Virus record (IMG/VR): IMGVR_UViG_3300034965_000044
Span: 1-63,503 of that record
Source of the DNA: a virus
Taxonomy: Duplodnaviria; Caudoviricetes
Length of the DNA: 63,503 nt
Direction: 5' to 3' (one strand)
Under the pieces are notes generated by a model, which searched no databases, was not told the origin of the DNA, and saw only the letters and a program-made list of their open reading frames with translations. The stretch's first letter is position 1. Every line of letters starts with the position of its first letter. The translations under genes and the position numbers were made by a program. Positions 26,233 to 37,700 of this stretch are shown one piece after another.

Positions 26233-26859
26233 ATGGGATACACGCGGACCCTTGTGGCAAAGCTTGCGTGCGGCCACTTGGGCCAGCGTGATATCGGCGA
26301 CATCGATGACCAATTCGATCAGGACGCTCAGATCCTGAAGGCTCGATACGAACACGCGAGAGACAGCGTGTATGCAACCCACGATTGGCACTGGGCCAGA
26401 CGTTCAGCCCAGCTCCAGCAGCGCGTCACGCCGCCCGCGGTGCGCTTCACTTACGCCTATGCGCTGCCCGCCAGCTATGTGCGCATCTCCAACGTCTCGC
26501 AATTCGAGAACATGGACCCGCCGCTCGATGAGGACGGCTGGGACATCACCGATGGCGATCTTACCACCGACGCCGGCTACGTCTTCATCGATTTCGTCGC
26601 CAATGACTGGTCTGAGGCGAAATGGCCGTCCTACTTCGCCGATTGCGTGGCGATGAAGCTGGCCGAGGTCGCCTGCATGAAGATCACCAATTCGGAAAGC
26701 CTGAAGCAGACGCTGGTGAAGGGCTACCAGCAATCGACGCTGCCCCAGGCGCGCTCGATTGATTCGACCTCGCAGCCGGCCCGCCGCACCATCATCCGCT
26801 CGCCGTGGCAGCGCGCCCGCCTGGGCAGCTTCTCATTCAGCAATCTGCGCCGGACCTAA
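26233..26859 (+). CDS. Tail tubular protein A (T7 gp11-like adaptor)
   Basis: YEHARD.V...HDW.WA, YAYALP, WPSYF..LA.....IT, ARSIDS. Confidence 0.85.
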   Translation: MGYTRTLVAKLACGHLGQRDIGDIDDQFDQDAQILKARYEHARDSVYATHDWHWARRSAQLQQRVTPPAVRFTYAYALPASYVRISNVSQFENMDPPLDEDGWDITDGDLTTDAGYVFIDFVANDWSEAKWPSYFADCVAMKLAEVACMKITNSESLKQTLVKGYQQSTLPQARSIDSTSQPARRTIIRSPWQRARLGSFSFSNLRRT

Positions 26860-26862
26860 TTC

Positions 26863-29800
26863 ATGAGCAACATCAACGCCTATATCCAGACCTTTGCCGG
26901 AGGCGAGTTCGGCAAGGCGATGTCGGCGCGTGTCAACATCGACAGCTATCAAGCATCGTGCGAGATATCAGAGAATTGGTTCAACAAGGCGCAAGGTCCG
27001 CTCGATCGTCGCCCGCCATTGCAATATATTGATTCGTTCATAGACTCAACCAAGCGTGGCATCCTTAAAGGTTTCGAATTCGATGTTGGTCAGAACTATC
27101 CCCTGATCATCACCGAAGGCACGATGTACTTCTACTTGAATGACGGAATACTTGACATTCCGACCGTCACGGCGACAATTCCGAACGGAACCTTCACGGG
27201 AGCCAGCTTTGCAAGCTGGACGGACGCCTCGGACTCTGGCGCTTCGGCCAATGCGACCAGCAGCCTGCTGACGTTGCTCTCCAACGGGATCGCCATTGCC
27301 AGGGCGCGCACCACCTTCACCGTCAACGAGGCCAATGTCGAACACATCCTGATTTTTGACGTGCCGCATGGTTCGGTGAACATCAAGATCGGCACCTCGG
27401 CAGGCGATGATAGTCTGCTCTCCTATAAGGAATTACGGCGCGGCCATCATCGCCTGGGCTTTACGCCCACGGCGACCGGCACCCATCATCTGGAATTTTC
27501 GTTCAGCGATAATGATGGTTTCAGATATGTCGATAGCATTTCCTTCCTGACCGGAAGTGTATTCACTCTGCCGACCCCTTGGCTGGAGGAAGATCTGCGC
27601 GGCGTGCAGACCTCTCAGGATGGCGATCGCCTCTACATGTTCCATCGCGACTATGCTTCTCTTGTGCTGGAGCGTCGCGGACACCGATCCTGGTCACTGA
27701 TTTATTTCGAGCCCAATGACGGGCCATTTGAGCCGGGTGATCCAAGCATTTCGATGTCTTGTAATTCCCGAAGTGGCAGCTTCGTCACCATTACGGCAGA
27801 TGCCAATTATTTTAAGCCGACCGATCAAAGGCGGCTGCTGCGCATGACCCAGCCTGGGCAATATGTGAAGCAATCCTTCAATACCGCCGGGTTGATCTCC
27901 AAGTCCATCAAGGTGTCAGGCATCGGTGCCGACCGGGCTTTTGGCATCACAATCACTGGCACTTTCACCGGAACGCTCACCCTGGAGCGGTCGGTCGGTA
28001 ATGAGAATGCGTTTTCTAAGGTTATCACCTTTACCGGCACGTCCAGCTCGCTCTATAATGACAGCTATGTGGTCGCCGATGGTGCGCCAGCGGGTGGCTC
28101 CGGCAGTGACGCTGTTTACAGCGCCACCAACACCGGCAGCGCCAAGGGCCGGATGGACAATCAGACCACTTTCTACCGGGTTGCCGTCTATGCTGGCGCC
28201 TGGACATCCGGTACTGCCGCCGTTGAGCTGAGTGTCAATTCCGGCTCACAGACCGGAATCATTCGCTTGACGGAATATCTCAGCGCTACGCAGGCTGGCG
28301 GTGAGGTGTTGCAACAATTCTCCCGCATTGGCGCTTCGGATATCTGGGATATCAGCTCCTGGAATGATGTCGATGAGTGGCCCAATGTGACGGCCTTCGC
28401 GCATGGGCGGCTGTGGGCCTTCCGGCGCCGGCAGATCTGGTCCTCCAACTCAGACGATTATTTCTCCTTCGCCGATGGGGTCAATGCTGACCAGTCGGTG
28501 CAGCTCACGCTGCGCTCGCGCTCGGCTGAAGGCGTGCGCTGGGCCAGAGAGCTTGACTTCCTCTGCATCGGCACCCGCAACGAGGAGTACGTGATTCGTT
28601 CTACCTCCGCGGCAGAGCCGGTCGGGCCGACCACGGCCGAGCCGACGCTGCAAGGCGAAGAGGGCGGCTCGCTGATCGAGGCCGCAGTTGGCGGCGATTC
28701 TATCGTCTATGTTCACCGCAACGGCCACCGGCTGATGCAGTTCACCCATAACCCCCGCGCGCTCAGCGAGAGCAGCTTCCTCTCCGTCGATCTGACCCGC
28801 CTCAACCCCGAGAGCTGCGAGGACGGTATCGTCAACACCGTCATTCAGCAGGAGCCCGAGCGGCGCATTTACACCGTGCTCACCAATGGCACGGTCAAGC
28901 CCGCGCTGTTCCGCCGCGAAGAGGAGATCATGGGCTGGTCCACCATGACCACCCAGGGCATCATTGAAGACGCCATGGTGCTGCGCGAGGGCAATGAGGA
29001 TGCCGTCTATTTCATCGTGCGGCGGCTGATCGGTACCACCTGGACCCGGATGCTGGAGCGGATGCGCTCCGAGGTGGTGCTGAACGATGAGGATCTGGTG
29101 CATCTGGACGCCATGCTGGAGACCCCGATCGACCGGCCCAATATCGGCATGACGCCATCCTCCATCGAGATGGGTGCCGTCACGGTCGAGGTCACGGACG
29201 ATGCGTTTCTGGTTGGTGATGTGGGCCGCGTCATTTGGGTCGGCGGCGGGCGCATTCTGATCAACAGCTACGTCAACACCAAAAAAGTCACCGGCAACGT
29301 CATCTACCCCTTGCGCGGCAAGCTCAATTTCGTCAAGAGCCAAATTAATGGGCTGCCGGTTTATGAGCCGACCTATGTGCCGCCCGGCCGCTGGGGCATT
29401 GCCACGCTGACATCGAGCGTGAATGGCCTGGGCCATCTGGAGGGCATGACGGTCGATGTGTGGGCGGATATGGCCTACAGAGGCTCTGCCGTGGTCACAG
29501 GCGGCTCCGTGAGCCTCACCAGCCCCGCCAGCCGCATCTTTGTGGGTCTGGGCTATACCTCGATCTGGAAGTCCCTCAAGATCGCCTACGGGGCCACCAA
29601 GGGCACCGCGATCAACGCGCCCAAGAAAGTGACGCATATGGGGTTGCTGCTCGACCGGGCGTCGGACACGCTGCTGCTCGGCGACACGCCCGGCAAGCTG
29701 AAGAAGCTGGTGAAGCTGTCGCAGCCCGCCGCGCTCGGGGGTGCCGCGCGCTTTTTCAGTGGTGAAGCCCATGAGACGTTCGACGGCACGTACGACATCG

Positions 29801-29889
29801 ACTCCCGCATTATCATCGCCACGCAGAACCCAGGCCCAGCCACCATCCACGCCATCATCCCCAACGTCCAGCTCAACGAACGCGCCTAG
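26863..29889 (+). CDS. Tail tubular protein B / nozzle (T7 gp12-like)
   Basis: F.GGE, Q..D.LYMFH, WPN..AF..GRL, IWSS...Y..F, L.HLEG.TV, VGL.Y; 1008 aa. Confidence 0.88.
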   Translation: MSNINAYIQTFAGGEFGKAMSARVNIDSYQASCEISENWFNKAQGPLDRRPPLQYIDSFIDSTKRGILKGFEFDVGQNYPLIITEGTMYFYLNDGILDIPTVTATIPNGTFTGASFASWTDASDSGASANATSSLLTLLSNGIAIARARTTFTVNEANVEHILIFDVPHGSVNIKIGTSAGDDSLLSYKELRRGHHRLGFTPTATGTHHLEFSFSDNDGFRYVDSISFLTGSVFTLPTPWLEEDLRGVQTSQDGDRLYMFHRDYASLVLERRGHRSWSLIYFEPNDGPFEPGDPSISMSCNSRSGSFVTITADANYFKPTDQRRLLRMTQPGQYVKQSFNTAGLISKSIKVSGIGADRAFGITITGTFTGTLTLERSVGNENAFSKVITFTGTSSSLYNDSYVVADGAPAGGSGSDAVYSATNTGSAKGRMDNQTTFYRVAVYAGAWTSGTAAVELSVNSGSQTGIIRLTEYLSATQAGGEVLQQFSRIGASDIWDISSWNDVDEWPNVTAFAHGRLWAFRRRQIWSSNSDDYFSFADGVNADQSVQLTLRSRSAEGVRWARELDFLCIGTRNEEYVIRSTSAAEPVGPTTAEPTLQGEEGGSLIEAAVGGDSIVYVHRNGHRLMQFTHNPRALSESSFLSVDLTRLNPESCEDGIVNTVIQQEPERRIYTVLTNGTVKPALFRREEEIMGWSTMTTQGIIEDAMVLREGNEDAVYFIVRRLIGTTWTRMLERMRSEVVLNDEDLVHLDAMLETPIDRPNIGMTPSSIEMGAVTVEVTDDAFLVGDVGRVIWVGGGRILINSYVNTKKVTGNVIYPLRGKLNFVKSQINGLPVYEPTYVPPGRWGIATLTSSVNGLGHLEGMTVDVWADMAYRGSAVVTGGSVSLTSPASRIFVGLGYTSIWKSLKIAYGATKGTAINAPKKVTHMGLLLDRASDTLLLGDTPGKLKKLVKLSQPAALGGAARFFSGEAHETFDGTYDIDSRIIIATQNPGPATIHAIIPNVQLNERA

Positions 29890-29929
29890 CCGGCTGGTGG
29901 AGCTGGAGCCTTGGCATCTGGACTATTTC

Positions 29930-30340
29930 ATGCCCGATGAGGCGGCCGATATCTCCTTCCGCGCCATGGGGCGCACGCTGATCGCCAGCGACGGCACGCC
30001 GCTCGGTTTCAGTGCGGTGTATTTCAAGGAAAACGGCAAGGGCGAAGCGGTGGCCATCGTGGTGTTTTACGGCGGCCCCAACCAATATTTTATGCGGAAA
30101 TACCTGCCAATGATTTTGCGCGGCATGACCGAATGCGTCCACATCCTCAAGCGCATTGGCGTCACCCATGTCTATGCGGTGTGCGACAGGCGGGTGCCGG
30201 ATGCTGAGAAATTCGTGCGCTGGATGGGCGGCGAAATATTGCCGGACGCCGAAGATCCAAACGGGCCGGTTGCAATACTGCATCTCGATAAATATCGCCT
30301 GATTGGAAAGGAAATTCCATGTCCCTCGGAACAGTCCTGA
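29930..30340 (+). CDS. Acetyltransferase-like internal virion protein (T7 gp13-like position)
   Basis: Position after the nozzle; AEKFVRWMG motif. Confidence 0.5.
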   Translation: MPDEAADISFRAMGRTLIASDGTPLGFSAVYFKENGKGEAVAIVVFYGGPNQYFMRKYLPMILRGMTECVHILKRIGVTHVYAVCDRRVPDAEKFVRWMGGEILPDAEDPNGPVAILHLDKYRLIGKEIPCPSEQS

Positions 30341-30489
30341 TTATCGTCCTGCTTTTCCTCCTGCTCGGCGGCGGTTTCACCACCGTCAATGGCGGCCCCT
30401 GGTTTGGCACCGGCCCCTATGGCGGTAGCGCGCTCGGCATCATCTTCCTGGTGGTGCTGATCCTGCTGCTGACAGGCCACCTCTCATGA
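30319..30489 (+). CDS. DUF3309-like small membrane protein
   Basis: MSLGTVLIIVLLFLLLGG...GGSALGIIFLVVLILLLTGHL. Confidence 0.75.
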   Translation: MSLGTVLIIVLLFLLLGGGFTTVNGGPWFGTGPYGGSALGIIFLVVLILLLTGHLS

Positions 30490-30914
30490 GCGGCAATGAC
30501 GGGACGCAGCCGCAGGGTACGCCTCCCGTCGATCCGACCAAAAACGTCCTCGATCTGGTTGCGGCCGAGGCGCATTATCGCGATGAGCTGCGCAAGTCGG
30601 ATGAAAGATATTTCAATGCCATGCGCGAGGCGGAAACGCGGCGGCTGAACGATCTCAATTCGCAGAAGGCCGAGTTTGACCGCTCTCAGGCCGACCTTCT
30701 GCGCCTACAGGTTTCCAGCAATGCCAAGCTGGTATCGGACCAGCTCGACCGCATGACGACCGTCCTATCCGACCGCATCTCCAAGCTGGAGCAGTTCCGC
30801 TACGAGAGCAGCGGCAAGGGCACCGGCGTCACCACGGTTATCGGCTATGTGCTCGCCTTCGTCACCATTGCGATCACGGTGGCCTTCGGGCTGATCAAGG
30901 TGACGGCGCATTGA
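30486..30914 (+). CDS. Coiled-coil protein with C-terminal TM (holin candidate)
   Basis: DPTKNVLDLV, coiled coil, C-terminal hydrophobic helix. Confidence 0.55.
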   Translation: MSGNDGTQPQGTPPVDPTKNVLDLVAAEAHYRDELRKSDERYFNAMREAETRRLNDLNSQKAEFDRSQADLLRLQVSSNAKLVSDQLDRMTTVLSDRISKLEQFRYESSGKGTGVTTVIGYVLAFVTIAITVAFGLIKVTAH

Positions 30915-31124
30915 GGGGATGGGTGGAGCCGCCTTGCTGCGGCTCCTGGGGAGCTTTTTAACTGCTACGGACCTGTATCCCTACGCGCGCCCGGTAGCCT
31001 CGGCAGTCTCAAGGGCTAGGGTAAGGTGGTTCCCCTTCGCATTTCCCACAACGAGACATGTCCGAAGACATGTCATGGCTGGCCACCCGAAACAACATTT
31101 TCTCAGTATCACAGGATTTCCCCC

Positions 31125-31604
31125 ATGGCAATGGCGGCAATGCTGATCTCGACCGTTGTTGGTCTGGTCGGCTCGATGGCGCAGGCTTCGGCTTTGAACG
31201 CTCAGGCGAAAGCCCAGGAGCAGATCGCCGAATTTAACGCCAAGCAGAAAGAGATCGAAGCCTCCAGGCGTCAGGCCGAAGGCGTGTTGCGGGGCGAGCT
31301 GGAGAAGAAGGACGCCCAGAATCTGGCCGGACGGGCTCGCGCATCGTTTGCTCAGATGGGCGTCGATACCTCCACCGGCTCGCCGCTGCTCTTGGAGCAG
31401 GATCTGATTTCGGAAGGCTCCTTCCGGCAGAACCTGGAGATCGCCTCGGCGCAGAACGAGCAGCGCTCGCTGCAAGAAAACGCCAAGGCCGATCGGTTCC
31501 AGGGGCAGATCGCGGCTATGTCCTCACGCGCTCAGGCGCGAGCGTCACTGCTCGGCGGTATCGGGTCCGCCTTTGGTGGCCTCGCCAAAATGTCATTCGG
31601 GTAA
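31125..31604 (+). CDS. Internal virion protein (T7 gp14-like)
   Basis: Hydrophobic N-terminus, Q/A-rich helices, GVD.STGSPL motif. Confidence 0.75.
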   Translation: MAMAAMLISTVVGLVGSMAQASALNAQAKAQEQIAEFNAKQKEIEASRRQAEGVLRGELEKKDAQNLAGRARASFAQMGVDTSTGSPLLLEQDLISEGSFRQNLEIASAQNEQRSLQENAKADRFQGQIAAMSSRAQARASLLGGIGSAFGGLAKMSFG

Positions 31605-31613
31605 TCCAAGCAC

Positions 31614-34600
31614 ATGCCTCAAGTCCCCACCCGGCGCGATCTCGGCCAGCTCCGCATCAATGGCCGCGCCAATCCGGCTGACATCAATCCCAATGTCGCG
31701 CTCGATATCGGCCGCGCCGGTGCCGCCTATAAGCACGCCTTCGACCAGATCGGCGCAGCGTTCGCGGGTCTGGGCGAAAAGCAGCAGGCGATGGAGGATG
31801 CCAATTGGCTCGCCGACGCCAAGATCCAGTCGCTGACCGCCGATGATCAGATCCGGCGCGACACCGAGCTGAATGCGGGCGAGGACGGCACCGGCTTTGA
31901 GCAGGCGCCTCTGCGTCTCGATCAGGCGACCAAGGAGATCGAGGCCAAACCCGGCGGCTCGGGCGAAGCGCGGGCGAAGTTCAAGCTGTGGTCGGCCGAG
32001 CGGCATTTCGAGACCGGGCGCTGGGCGGCGAACACGGCGCAGAAGCGGCTGCAAGATTCAACCGGCAGCGCGCTGGACAAGCGGCTGGACGAAATGACCA
32101 ATCTGTCGTCCGCCAACCCCGATCAGGCCAACGACTATTTCAAAGCCTATGAGGATGAGGTCAATTCCCGCGTCGGCTCAGCCATCACGGCGCAGGACGG
32201 CGCCCAGCGTATCGAACAGGCGCGCACCAACATCCTGAAGTCGGCAACCATTTCCAAGGCCATCAAGAACCCGGCCGATTTCGGCAAGGCGGTGCAGGCC
32301 ATCGAGAGCGGGCGGTCGGCAATGCAGGAGGCCGAGCCACCATCTGGCGGAAACAGCAGTCTGGTTGATGCGGTTATTCAGGCCGAGAGCAGTGGGCGTG
32401 CCGGGATTGTGTCTCCAAAGGGTGCGGTCGGACTGATGCAGGTCATGCCGGATACGGCGCGTGAGCTTGCCCCAAAAGTCGATCCCGATGCTGTTGGGCT
32501 GAATGACAATGAGCTGAAAGCCTACCTGAAAAATCCAGATGTCAATCGAAAATTCGGCGAAGCCTATTTGAACCAGATGCTGGAGCGCTATAGGGGCGAT
32601 AAGGAAGCGGCGCTGATTGCCTATAATGGCGGACCCTCTCGCGCTGATGCATGGCTGAAAGCCGGTCGCGACGACAAGGCTATTCCACAGGAAACTGCCA
32701 ATTATTACAAAAATGTGCTGGGCCAGATGGGTGGCGAAAGCGGCGTAGGGCCGCAAGCGCAGACAAAGAGCTTCACCGGCGCCCCTACCGGCGCCTCCGA
32801 AGCGGCGCGAGCCGGCATCACGCCGCGCTATAATCAGGCGAGCCGTCTTGGTCTCTCCTCAGAAGATCTCACCACTGTCCAGACCAGCTCTGGAGCGAAG
32901 TTCACCGTCGCTTCGCCCGCGGCCAAGCAGTATCAGGGGTTCCTCAATGAGTTGGAGGGCATGGGCTACCACATTGACGCAAAGCAATCGGGTGGCTTTG
33001 CCGATCGCAATATCGCCGGCACCAACCGGCCTTCACAGCACGCGAGCGGCGCCGCGATAGACATCAACTGGAATCGCAACAAGAACGACCAGAAGGGCAC
33101 CAACGACCTTCCGCCCAATATCGGCGAGATCGCCAATCGCTGGGGCTTATCCTGGGGCGGTTATTTTTCCGGCAGAAATAAAGATACAATGCACTTCGAG
33201 GTGGCCCGAGTGCTCTCCGGCAACGAGGTCAGCTCCGTTCAGCCCTCGCGCGCCCCGGTTGCGTCTGCCCCGCAGCAGCAGGGGCGCACCGAAGCTGAAC
33301 GCTCGCGCTTTGATATCTCCAAGATCCCCGCCATCGAGGGCAGCTCCATCCAGCCGCAGGAGCTGCTGTCCCTCTCCCCCAAAGACTATCACGCCGTTGT
33401 TTCCGAAATGCGCCCCTATCTGATTGCGGATACCACCTCCCGCATGGAGAAGGCGCTGTCCTCGCTGTCCGCCAAGGGCACGCAATCGATCATCAAGCCG
33501 GAAGAGATCGACAATATGACGCCGTTCGTCGGCGCCAAGACAGCTCAAGCCTGGAAAGACCAGCTCAGCGAGGGCGCTCAGACCTATTCGGCCGCCCAGG
33601 AAGTCAAGGCCATGACGCCCGAGCAGCGCTATCAGCGGCTGACCGAGCTGGTGCCGACCGGCCGCGTCGAGGATCTGTCCGAGCAGGAAGCCAAGCGCTT
33701 TGAAATCTATTCCAAGGCGGTACAGGGCGTCAATTCGGCCATCAAAAAAGACCCCTACGGCTATTTCACCATCGAGAATGAGAGCGGCCGACAGGCGGCC
33801 AAGCTGCTGGCGGGCGCCCAACAAGGTCCCGAGGGTACGCCAGCGCGCGAACAGGCGTTCGACACGCTGATCCGGCTGCAAAAGCAGGAAGGCATCGCCC
33901 CCAGCGACATCAAGATTCTCTCGCCGACCCAGGCGCAGGGCATCACCACCATGCTGAAAGACGCCAAGACCGGCCCGGCCGCCATGGTGATCATCAACGG
34001 ACTGCGGCAGACCTACGGCAAGCACTTCAACCAGCTCTGGGGCGAGATGGTCGATAATGGGGCGCCGCAGAGCTACCTCGCGTTGAAGACCGCCACGCGC
34101 GCCGGCCAGGATGCGCTGGTGGAGAGCTACGCCCTGGAAAAGGCCATGGACGAAGGCGGTGCCAAGGGCGGACGTAAGGGGCTGCTGCTGGAGCGCGCCG
34201 GCATCAAGCCGACCGAACTGAGCGCCGCGGTCTCCAACGAGATCAGCGACTTCACCCAGGCGATCCAGCACAAATCGGGCTCGGCGCGGGCGATCGAGAG
34301 CTATCGCTCGGCGACCGAGCGGGTGGCCGCCTATTACGTCATTTCGCAGGGCAAGTCGGTCAGCGATGCCGCCAGCCAAGCCGCCAAAGAGCTGTTCGGC
34401 AACAATCTGAAAGTCGTGCAGGGCGCACTGGTGCCGACCGAGGTCTATGACCGCATGGGCGGCGAGATCAACCGCACTCTGGCCAATGATATCCCCAAGC
34501 TTCTGGAAAACAAAGAAGAGATGATCGTGGCTCCTGTCAGATCAGGCAGTGGTATTTACACGCCAGATCATGAGCGACAGAGATATATTGACAGTATCAG

Positions 34601-34778
34601 GACAAATCCAAAGTTTGTCACCAATGAGGATGCGAGCGGCGTTTACTTGCTCGACAAGAACGGTGACTATGTTCTGGAAGATACCGCTAATGGTCCGGCA
34701 CCGATAAGCTGGACCTGGGAAGAACTCGCCAAGGCGCCGCGTCCAGCCGGCTACAGCCAATCATTGATGTTCCGCTAA
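31614..34778 (+). CDS. Internal virion protein with lytic transglycosylase and M15 peptidase domains
   Basis: SLT: QAESSG...GAVGLMQVMP...AYNGGP; M15: SQHASGAAIDIN...WGG...DTMHFE. Confidence 0.88.
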   Translation: MPQVPTRRDLGQLRINGRANPADINPNVALDIGRAGAAYKHAFDQIGAAFAGLGEKQQAMEDANWLADAKIQSLTADDQIRRDTELNAGEDGTGFEQAPLRLDQATKEIEAKPGGSGEARAKFKLWSAERHFETGRWAANTAQKRLQDSTGSALDKRLDEMTNLSSANPDQANDYFKAYEDEVNSRVGSAITAQDGAQRIEQARTNILKSATISKAIKNPADFGKAVQAIESGRSAMQEAEPPSGGNSSLVDAVIQAESSGRAGIVSPKGAVGLMQVMPDTARELAPKVDPDAVGLNDNELKAYLKNPDVNRKFGEAYLNQMLERYRGDKEAALIAYNGGPSRADAWLKAGRDDKAIPQETANYYKNVLGQMGGESGVGPQAQTKSFTGAPTGASEAARAGITPRYNQASRLGLSSEDLTTVQTSSGAKFTVASPAAKQYQGFLNELEGMGYHIDAKQSGGFADRNIAGTNRPSQHASGAAIDINWNRNKNDQKGTNDLPPNIGEIANRWGLSWGGYFSGRNKDTMHFEVARVLSGNEVSSVQPSRAPVASAPQQQGRTEAERSRFDISKIPAIEGSSIQPQELLSLSPKDYHAVVSEMRPYLIADTTSRMEKALSSLSAKGTQSIIKPEEIDNMTPFVGAKTAQAWKDQLSEGAQTYSAAQEVKAMTPEQRYQRLTELVPTGRVEDLSEQEAKRFEIYSKAVQGVNSAIKKDPYGYFTIENESGRQAAKLLAGAQQGPEGTPAREQAFDTLIRLQKQEGIAPSDIKILSPTQAQGITTMLKDAKTGPAAMVIINGLRQTYGKHFNQLWGEMVDNGAPQSYLALKTATRAGQDALVESYALEKAMDEGGAKGGRKGLLLERAGIKPTELSAAVSNEISDFTQAIQHKSGSARAIESYRSATERVAAYYVISQGKSVSDAASQAAKELFGNNLKVVQGALVPTEVYDRMGGEINRTLANDIPKLLENKEEMIVAPVRSGSGIYTPDHERQRYIDSIRTNPKFVTNEDASGVYLLDKNGDYVLEDTANGPAPISWTWEELAKAPRPAGYSQSLMFR

Positions 34779-37700
34779 TGCTCGAACTCCTCGGCTCCCC
34801 CACCATCAATCGCGAGGACTACAACCTCCGCGATCTGAGTGAATATGACCCCTCGATGCGGGAAAGCGCGCGGGCGTCCGCAGGCTCGAACTATGCCCTT
34901 AATGCAATGCTGGGCTTGGGTCTTGACCGGGCCAAACTCGCCGAGTTGGGCTCGACCGAGGACATCTATCAGACCAATGCGATGGGGCAGCAGGAACTGG
35001 TCAGCAAGGGGCTCGACCCGCAAGATCCGCGCGCCCGCCGTTTGCAGCTCGATGAGGCCAACCAGCAGGGCGAGTCGCTGGGCCTTCGCTTTTCCGAGCC
35101 GCCAACCCAAGCGCAATTCGATTATTTGAAAGAGCAGAAGCAGGCCGAGAACAGCCGCGATGAAACGCTGTCGCGGGTGCCGACGCTCAGCCTGCGCGGC
35201 GGTATGGACTTCATTGCCGGTTTCGCCGCCTCTGCCATCGATCCCGTCAACATTGCCACCGCCTTCATTCCGGTGATCGGCGAGGCGCGCTATGGCCGTA
35301 TGGTGACGCGGCTGGGCACCGGCGGCGCACGCCTCGCCAAGGGTGCGGCCGAAGGCGGCGTCGGCACCGCATTAACGGTTCCGTTCGTCTACGCCCAGGC
35401 TCAGACGCTGCAACGAAATTATGACATAAGCAGCGCCTTTCAGGATGTGGTGTTCGGCGCCACGCTGGGCGCCGGGCTGCACTGGGGCGGCGGGGCGATC
35501 GGTGATGCCATCCGCTGGCGGGCGCAGTCCAACATGGACCGACTGGTCCGCGACATCACGCGCGATGCTGAAAAGCGTTTTACTGGTGAAGTCCTCGACC
35601 GCCGCAAGGTGCGCGTCCAGGAGGGCGAGAATTCCTCAATTGTTGAGTCCATGGACCGCAACACGCGGGCCGAGACCATGCGCGCCGCGGTCAGGGCGGT
35701 TGAGACCGATCAGGTCCCCAAGATCGACACGCTGCTCAAGACCTCGCCGGAGCTGGGCGAGCTGGCGGTGCCGGACAAGCGCTTCCCCGCCACCATGCGG
35801 CTGCGCAATGATGTGACGGCCTCAGATTTCGCCACCGGCACCCGCGGAGCCGAAGTGCTGAACCATGTCGCTGAGCGCATCGCCAAGACGCCGCAGGGGC
35901 TCTATGACACCTTCGCCGCGCGGTATAAGAAGCTCCAGGACTTCAGCTTCAAGCACATGCCGCGCGAGCAGTTCGAAGCCGAAGCGCGCGGGCTGGTTGA
36001 GCATCCTGACCAGATGGCGGCGGTCGATACCGGCTCCAAGACCATCCTGGTGGCTGAGGGCGCGCCGCTCGGCGCCGTGCGCCATGAGATCGAGCGCGCT
36101 GTCGATACGGCGTATGGTGAGACCGGCGACAAGGCCGGCGGCTACCGCTACCGCGCCAAGGATGCCGATGGGCAGGTCGGACACCGCGCCGCGCTGAAGC
36201 AGCATTACGAGGAGTTTCCAGACCGCGCCCCGCGCACCATGCAGCCCAAGGAGGCTGTGGACCTATTCTCCAGGCGCGATGAGCCGATCCTGGGCCATCA
36301 GGGGCCAGCCGATGCCGACCGGGCCTGGGATGTGGTCCAGGACGGCAAGGACAAGGATCTGGAGCGCATGATTGCCGATGAGGAGATCGGCGTCATTGAG
36401 GACATCGCCAACAACATCACCGGCGCGGCGCGCGACCTCGGCATCATGGACAAGGTGATCCCGATGGAGGAGCGCCAGATCCTCCTCCAGGCCGCTGCCA
36501 ACCAGGGCAAGCAGGCCGCGGTCAAGGACCTGTTCTCCGCCGTTGACGCCGCGGTCGAGCGCAAGGTAAAGACCGAAGCGCTCGAAGACGCTGAGATCCT
36601 GATGCGCGGCGGTGCCGACGCTCTGAAGCGGGTGATCATCGAGGGTGAGTCCGTCGATAAGGTGATCGCCGATGTTCGTACCGAAAAGCCGGAGCTTGTC
36701 ACGCGCGCCCAAGCGCTTCGCTCGATTAACCTATTCCAGAAATCTTCGGATGCGCCACTTACAGGCGCTGCCCTGGATCGGGCGGTGGCTCGTATCCAAT
36801 CGGGTGAAGACATTGACGTGGCGGTCCAGGGAGCTGGGCTTCTTGCGCGAGCTGACGAAGCAGCTCAAACCGCGACCGGGCCGGCGGCTGAGCTTAAAGC
36901 TCCCGGCGAAGACAAAGCCGACCAGAGCATCGAGGATATGTTCGGCGACCTGGGCGATGAGGCGGCGGAGCTATTAAAGGGCATCATCGCCAAGCGCGAG
37001 CTGGCGGAAGCCGAGGCGCGTCTGGTGACAGAGGAGCACGACCTCCTCGCCGCCAACCCCAAGACGGCCGATCTGTCGTCCAGCATGGAGAGGACCGAAT
37101 TCGATGAGGCGCAGCGCGACCGAGCATTTCGAGAGGGCTCAGGAACTCTTGTCAGCAGCGAAAGAGGAGGAGCGGGGGGCGGACGCCCAGGGGACACTAT
37201 TGAGGACGGGCTATTTGCGACTCGCACTCGCCGAGATGGCGAGGCAGTTGGAGGACAAAGCCCTGCCATCGAGCGCGAAGCTCGCACAGCAGGAGGTGAG
37301 CGATCAGCTCCAGAAACGGCTATCTCCTACGGAGCCGGGAGCGTTCCCAGACGGATCATCACCCCCGACAGCTCTATCGAAGTTTCCGTTGAACCGAAAT
37401 TCGTTGAACTCGAAGATCTCATCCACGCCACAGGCGACCTCCAAGTAAGGGATCGCAGCCGGGCCGAATCACAGATCGAGGCGTTTGAACGGGCAATTAA
37501 GCTCGACCCAGAGCAATTGATGCCGAACCGCGTTGCCGATGCTGGCGCGCCAATCGTCATTGCCAATCCGGCTGGCGGCTACACTATTGTCTCTGGCAAT
37601 GGGCGCGTGCTCTCCCTCCGACAGGTCTATGGCGACGAGACCCTGACCTGGAAAGCGAACCAATATCGTGATCGTCTTGGCCCGGCGGCTGACGGCTACC

